Assembly (NCBI GenBank): GCA_934149405.1
Contig: CAKPEV010000002.1
Span: forward strand, 194,489-258,488
Origin: an uncultured Clostridia bacterium
GTDB taxonomy: Bacteria; Bacillota; Clostridia; TANB77; UBA1234
Direction: 5' to 3'
DNA length: 64,000 nucleotides
Position 1 is the stretch's first letter; every line of letters starts with the position of its first letter. The position numbers were made by a program, and so were the translations under genes. Shown here in pieces: positions 59,152-64,000 of this stretch. The notes under the pieces are model-generated. The model searched no databases. It was not told the DNA's origin and saw nothing but the letters and a program-made list of their open reading frames with translations.

Positions 59152-60846
59152 TTGGATAGTCTAAGAATAGTTTTGTTGGAAATTTTAAGATTTTTGATGT
59201 CTTATGGACCACTTATAGTGTATATGATGAATGTGCCTAGAGTGCTACATTATGCACAATTGGAAGGATATAAGAATAGAGATTTCTTTAGGTGGATTAC
59301 TAAAAATCCGAAGCTAGCATTCAAACCTGCACTTGGGCAAACTATTGCGATATGTGGATTTTATATTTTAACTGCAATTTTAAATAATCTTTTTGTTTTG
59401 AAGTTTCAAAGCGATACGGCAATAATAGTGCTATTTATTGAATATATTGCAATTTTATTGATGTACGTTGTTATAAATTTTGTTCAAGCAATAAGGGATA
59501 AGAAGAAAAGAAAGCTTGCTAAAAAACCGCTAGTGTACACAGCTAGAGCAAAAAGACTTATGTTTTGGAACCTTATTACTCTTGCATTTTTAGAAGTGAT
59601 GTTTTTAGATGAAATAAGGCAAAGCACGATTACTGTCATGGTGGAGATGATTAGAATTGTTGCGTACAGCATTTTTACATTCTTATTGCCAGTAAACATG
59701 ATTATTTCAAATCTTTTTGCTTATCCAACAGAAAGATTTATTGGTGATATTTATGTTGATTTAGCTAAATTGAAGTTGAGAAGAAAATCATATAAAAAGC
59801 TTATAAAGATTGGTATAACAGGTAGTTATGGAAAGACAAGTACAAAATTTATTTTGAGTACAATATTAAGTGAAAAATACAATGTTCTTGCAACACCAGA
59901 AAGTTATAACACAACTATGGGAAATGTGAAGGTTATAAGAAAAATGTTGAAACCAGAGCATGAAGTTTTTATATCAGAAATGGGTGCAAGATACAGATTT
60001 GATATTCAAGAGATTTGCGATTTAGTTAGACCTAAAATTGCGATGATTACTTCTATAGGTCCTCAGCATTTAGAAACTTTTAAGAATATTGAAAATATAG
60101 TTAAGACGAAAGCAGAGTTATTAGTATCGTTACCAAGTGATGGAGTTGTATTTTTGCCGAATGACGATTCACATTGTTTAAAATTATACAACAAAGAAAA
60201 GAGAGAAAAGTACATTTATGGAGTAAATGATAAGCATGCAGATGTTTACGCAAAGGATATTAAATTTAATGCAGATGGAATAAGTTTTACAGCTGTTACG
60301 AAAAATGGAGATATCAAATGCGTTTCAAAATTATTAGGTGAGCACAATATTCAAAATATTCTTGGATGCATCGAAATCGCAGTTTACTTAGGTCTTTCAA
60401 ATGAGCAAATCGCAAACGGCATTAAAAAGTTAGAGCCTATTCCTCACAGGTTACAATTGCTTCCTAGTTCAAATGGTTCAATTGTTATAGATGATGCGTT
60501 TAATTCTAATCCGGTTGGTAGCAAGGCCGCTTTAGATGTTATTAAAAAGTTCGATGGCAGAAAGATTATCATTACCCCAGGAATGGTGGAGCTCGGAAAT
60601 GAAGAGTACAAATATAACAAAGAGTTTGGAAGAAATATGGCGTCAGTTGTTGATATTGCTATTTTAGTTGGTGTTAAGAGAAGTAATGCAATAGTAGAAG
60701 GATTAAGAGAAGGAAAGTTTAATGACCAAAATATTTTTGTTGTAGATAATTTAGATAATGCTAGTAAGAAGTTACAAGAGATTACTAAAGCGGGTGATGT
60801 TATTTTGTTTGAAAATGATTTGCCAGATAATTATGACGAAAAATAG
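59152..60846 (+). CDS. MurF-like Mur ligase (UDP-MurNAc-tripeptide--D-Ala-D-Ala ligase-like) with an unusual ~205-aa N-terminal membrane domain
   Basis: TTG start 8 nt after AGGAGG. P-loop GITGSYGKTSTK. The C-terminus ..PHRLQLL..IIDDAFNSNPVGSKAALDVI..ITPGMVELG.. resembles MurF. Residues 1 to ~205 are 4-5 hydrophobic helices instead of the usual nucleotide-binding N-domain. Confidence 0.7.
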   Translation: MDSLRIVLLEILRFLMSYGPLIVYMMNVPRVLHYAQLEGYKNRDFFRWITKNPKLAFKPALGQTIAICGFYILTAILNNLFVLKFQSDTAIIVLFIEYIAILLMYVVINFVQAIRDKKKRKLAKKPLVYTARAKRLMFWNLITLAFLEVMFLDEIRQSTITVMVEMIRIVAYSIFTFLLPVNMIISNLFAYPTERFIGDIYVDLAKLKLRRKSYKKLIKIGITGSYGKTSTKFILSTILSEKYNVLATPESYNTTMGNVKVIRKMLKPEHEVFISEMGARYRFDIQEICDLVRPKIAMITSIGPQHLETFKNIENIVKTKAELLVSLPSDGVVFLPNDDSHCLKLYNKEKREKYIYGVNDKHADVYAKDIKFNADGISFTAVTKNGDIKCVSKLLGEHNIQNILGCIEIAVYLGLSNEQIANGIKKLEPIPHRLQLLPSSNGSIVIDDAFNSNPVGSKAALDVIKKFDGRKIIITPGMVELGNEEYKYNKEFGRNMASVVDIAILVGVKRSNAIVEGLREGKFNDQNIFVVDNLDNASKKLQEITKAGDVILFENDLPDNYDEK

Positions 60847-60933
60847 TTAGTGAAAGTTAATTTGTGAAAAACGGGCAGAGCACAGTTGCTCTATGTGAAA
60901 TCGAAATATTGATTAATAAAGGAGATTTGTGTT

Positions 60934-62121
60934 ATGAAGAAGATAGGTGTTATTTTTGGTGGCGTTACATGTGAGCATGATGTTTCAATAGTTACGGGTA
61001 TTCAATTGATTAATAATATAGACAAATCAAAGTATGAAGTTTATCCAATATATATTCATTCTGATGGCGAATGGTATGTTGATGATAAACTTGTGGATAC
61101 AAATATTTATGCTGAATTTGATAAACACAAAAATAATCTTGGAATGGGATGCATTATGCCAAATAAGCAAGGAATAGTAATGAAAAATAAAGGGCTAATT
61201 AATAAAGAAAATTTTATTAAACTTGATTGTGTTATTCCTGCAATGCATGGAATGAATGGCGAGGATGGCAGTGTTCAAGGATTACTGGAGCTTGCAAACA
61301 TACCATATACGTCTTCTGGAATATTAGGTGCTAGCGTTGGCATGGATAAAATTTTAATGAAGAAAGTTTTTGAGGCACATGATATTCCTGTACTTCCATA
61401 TACATATTTTTTACGTAGCGAATGGCAAAAAGACAATGATAAAATTTTAAATGAGATAGAGAGCATGATTCAATATCCAATGTTCGTTAAGCCTTCTAAT
61501 TTGGGCTCTAGCATAGGAATCAGCAAGGCAAAAGATAGAGAGAGTTTAAAAGAAGCCATCGAAGTTGCTATCGCTTTTGATGAGAGAATTATTGTGGAAA
61601 AGGGCCTTGAAGATTTGAAAGAAATAAATTGTTCAGCACTTGGAAGAGCTGATGATGTTGTTGCTTCTACAACTGAACAACCAGTTAGTTGGAAAGAATT
61701 TTTGACATTTGATGAGAAATATTTATCTGGTGGCAAAGGCTCTAAAACTTCAAATGGTACAAAGAATGGAATGGCTTCTATGTCTAGAAGAGTGCCAGCA
61801 GATATTACAAAGGAGCAAGATAAAGAAGTCAAAGATTTGACAATAAAATCTTTTAAAGCATTAAATTCAAAGGGCGTAGTTAGAATAGACTTTTTGATAG
61901 ATAATTATGATGGCAAGGTATACGTTAACGAGATAAACACAATTCCAGGTTCGTTTGCTTTTTATTTATGGGAACATGATGGACTGAGTTATTCAAATCT
62001 AATAGATAAATTAATAGAAATTGCAGAAAAAGAAAATGCAGAAAAAAATAAAAATAATTATACATATAAATCAAATATAGTTGGAAAATTTGTCGGAGGA
62101 GTAAAGAATCCAGTTAAGTAG
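60934..62121 (+). CDS. ddl: D-alanine--D-alanine ligase
   Basis: 395 aa. The N-terminus is IGVIFGGVTCEHDVSIVTG, with ..HGMNGEDGSVQGLLE.., ..FVKPSNLGSSIGISKA.. and ..VNEINTIPG.. (ATP-grasp Ddl signatures). Confidence 0.9.
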   Translation: MKKIGVIFGGVTCEHDVSIVTGIQLINNIDKSKYEVYPIYIHSDGEWYVDDKLVDTNIYAEFDKHKNNLGMGCIMPNKQGIVMKNKGLINKENFIKLDCVIPAMHGMNGEDGSVQGLLELANIPYTSSGILGASVGMDKILMKKVFEAHDIPVLPYTYFLRSEWQKDNDKILNEIESMIQYPMFVKPSNLGSSIGISKAKDRESLKEAIEVAIAFDERIIVEKGLEDLKEINCSALGRADDVVASTTEQPVSWKEFLTFDEKYLSGGKGSKTSNGTKNGMASMSRRVPADITKEQDKEVKDLTIKSFKALNSKGVVRIDFLIDNYDGKVYVNEINTIPGSFAFYLWEHDGLSYSNLIDKLIEIAEKENAEKNKNNYTYKSNIVGKFVGGVKNPVK

Positions 62122-62136
62122 TTTTAGGAGAATGTT

Positions 62137-62511
62137 ATGAAAATAAAAGTAATTGGAACACAGATATATGATGAACATGAGGAAAAAGTTATACAAGAAT
62201 ATGAGAATGCAGTAGTTGAGTTTAAAGATGTTTTAAGAATAAAATATGATGGTGGAGAGATTATATTTGACAAACTTTCAAATATTGTTACGCTAAATAA
62301 TGGTGGAAATGAGATTGTTATAGAACTTAATAAAGAAAAAATTTTAACTTACAATACACCTTATGGTATAATATCTATGAAAACTTATGGCGAAGAAATT
62401 ATATCTTATGAGAATCCGTTTAGAGTAATAATAAAATATAAAATCGAGCTTAACGGAACATCAGCATATAAAAATGTTGCAGAGATTATTACAATCGATT
62501 CTAATGATTAA
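62137..62511 (+). CDS. DUF1934-like (YwiB-like) small beta-barrel protein
   Basis: 124 aa with a GGAG Shine-Dalgarno. The ..YNTPYGIISMKTYGEEI.. and ..IIKYKIELNG.. pattern resembles DUF1934 (from memory). Confidence 0.5.
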   Translation: MKIKVIGTQIYDEHEEKVIQEYENAVVEFKDVLRIKYDGGEIIFDKLSNIVTLNNGGNEIVIELNKEKILTYNTPYGIISMKTYGEEIISYENPFRVIIKYKIELNGTSAYKNVAEIITIDSND

Positions 62512-62531
62512 ATGTAGTAGGAGGAATACAA

Positions 62532-64000
62532 ATGAAAAAGTTTTTATGCTTGTGCGTGGTAGTAATTACTTGTTTGATAATGTCAAAAACTTATGCGAGT
62601 ACCACTATTTTTTATGATACTAGGGGAACAAAATATGAGGGCGTAGTTGAGAGAATTGCTAGATTAAATATTATTAACGGAGTAAGCAATACAACTTATG
62701 CACCCAATAAAAGTGTTACAAGAGCTGAACTAGCAAAGATAATTGTAAAGATGAGAGGAATAGAAGATTACGCTGAAGGTGTTGAATATAAAAAAGTGTT
62801 TTCGGATGTTAAGAAAACAGATTGGTATTATCCTTACGTAGTTGTTGCGTCAGATTTGGAATTATTAAATGGCTATTCAGATGGAACATTTAAACCAAAT
62901 AAAGAAGTTACGTACGCAGAGCTTATTGCTATTTTACTTAGAAATTTAGGCTATACAAGATTAAGCGAGCAAAGTTCAAATGGTTGGTATTGGAACTATG
63001 TTGTTAAGATGCGTGAAATTGAACTAAATGATAATGTTGGTGAATTTGATTACGAAAAGCCAGCAAAACGTGGCGATGTGGCAATGTTTGTTTGGAATGC
63101 TCTTATAACAAATAGATGGGCTATAGAGAGTGAAAACGAGTCTACAGGTTTTACTTATACATATTCTGAATCAACTCCACTTGAAACTTTCTTTGACGAG
63201 TACAGTTTCTTAGACAATGCACCTGTTCTTGCACTTGGCGGATATGACAGCAATCCTATGATAGTAACAACAAAGGGAGCTTACAGTATAGATGAAAAAG
63301 TTCCTTTGTATGTTTTGGGTGGAAATGTTACAGGCTTATATAAAAAAGATACTAGCAACTTAATTGGTGTAACTTTCGATGAAAAATTTCAAAATGAAAA
63401 GATTGTTAGTGGACCGATTTTTTATCTTAAAGAGCAAGGATATAATTTGCTTAAGGCAAAAAAGTCAGATTGCTTTGGATCTAGGGACAATGCCAATTAT
63501 GCATATTTGATTTTGAATGAAAACAAGGAAATATTAAGAGCCGTTTATGTTGATGCATCTGAAACGATAATTGTTAACGAGGTGACTGTTAGTGAAAAGA
63601 GTGGAGATAGCGAAGATAAAAAAATTCAAGAGATAAAATTGAATGGCGATGAATTGAGATCTACAAATACAGCCCTAGTAAAAAACGGCATGGGCGTTAA
63701 TTGGAAGAACTTGAAGAAGAACGATATTATCACGAATCTTGGAAATGGTTTATACATGTATTCCACAAATGTTATAACCGATGAGATAACTGATGTTGAT
63801 GGAAAAAGTGCGATTTGGATAGGCGACGAAAAATATATTATTTCAGATATGTGTGTGTATTATAGATATAATGCGAAAGAAGCAAGCGAGTATTCGTTAA
63901 TTTCTTCGAGCAGATTAAAAGAATTTGTTGGAACAGAGGCTACTGTTTATTTGAATGTTGCAGAAGAGGTTTGCAAGATTGAATTTGGAAAGACTAAGGA
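62532..64000 (+). CDS. S-layer homology (SLH) domain cell-wall protein, 3'-partial
   Basis: GGAGG precedes ATG 62532. The signal peptide is MKKFLCLCVVVITCLIMSKTYAS. Three SLH-like units are present (..RIARLNIINGVSNTTYAPNKSVTRAELA.., FSDVKKTDWYYPYVVVASDLELLNGYSDGTFKPNKEVTYAEL.., ..WYWNYVVKM..). The frame is open to the window end; the ORF track omits it because there is no stop. Confidence 0.8.
   Translation, partial: MKKFLCLCVVVITCLIMSKTYASTTIFYDTRGTKYEGVVERIARLNIINGVSNTTYAPNKSVTRAELAKIIVKMRGIEDYAEGVEYKKVFSDVKKTDWYYPYVVVASDLELLNGYSDGTFKPNKEVTYAELIAILLRNLGYTRLSEQSSNGWYWNYVVKMREIELNDNVGEFDYEKPAKRGDVAMFVWNALITNRWAIESENESTGFTYTYSESTPLETFFDEYSFLDNAPVLALGGYDSNPMIVTTKGAYSIDEKVPLYVLGGNVTGLYKKDTSNLIGVTFDEKFQNEKIVSGPIFYLKEQGYNLLKAKKSDCFGSRDNANYAYLILNENKEILRAVYVDASETIIVNEVTVSEKSGDSEDKKIQEIKLNGDELRSTNTALVKNGMGVNWKNLKKNDIITNLGNGLYMYSTNVITDEITDVDGKSAIWIGDEKYIISDMCVYYRYNAKEASEYSLISSSRLKEFVGTEATVYLNVAEEVCKIEFGKTK

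Noticed and set aside
1-64000. Calling the surface-protein locus or the TA islet a mobile genetic element, prophage or DGR/shufflon-type variation system.
   Set aside because: The window contains no integrase, transposase, invertase, reverse transcriptase, tRNA attachment site or flanking direct repeats. The only support for variability is the internal DNA repeats.

Overview
AT-rich, Firmicutes-like (Clostridia-type) chromosomal window; family names below come from motif recognition only, since no database search was possible. The first ~47.6 kb is dominated by five paralogous, highly repetitive surface-protein genes (>5,400, 2,537, ~1,644, ~3,405 and ~678 aa, roughly 41 kb of coding DNA). 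They are built from 26-residue DUF285/BspA-like LRR arrays capped by a PKD-like WGDG..THTY unit, plus Ig-like, FN3 and Big_2 domains, Listeria-Bacteroides (Flg_new) repeats and beta-helix-like '..LDLNGK..' modules. This locus is interrupted by fic, prfA, a frameshifted hicA with hicB, and a YibE/F-like membrane protein. The last ~16 kb is mostly housekeeping: a DUF3298-like protein, cysS, a dGTPase-like HD protein, a lipoprotein, a ComEC-type MBL hydrolase with DUF3006, an ABC-F ATPase, an alpha/beta hydrolase, a MurF-like ligase, ddl, DUF1934 and a 3'-partial SLH protein. A small mazEF + abiEi/abiEii islet sits within it. I found no rRNA, tRNA, CRISPR array, transposase or integrase. The most interesting observations are: (1) a 13-codon leader ORF with three consecutive Cys codons plus terminator/antiterminator alternatives upstream of cysS, where a T-box would be expected; (2) a C-terminal array of six DnaJ-type CxxCxGxG motifs interleaved with C[SP]HGYxSxH repeats at the tip of a 2,537-aa surface protein; (3) a conserved membrane-proximal C..H-x-D-x-N-x-DM-x-CD-x-C motif at the N-termini of three giant proteins; (4) three 44-bp-phased palindromes over the fic promoter; (5) a shared upstream regulatory region and a 4 x 26-27 bp tandem repeat in front of the giant-protein operons; (6) perfect 78-bp and 177-bp intragenic DNA repeats that make the LRR arrays recombination-prone.
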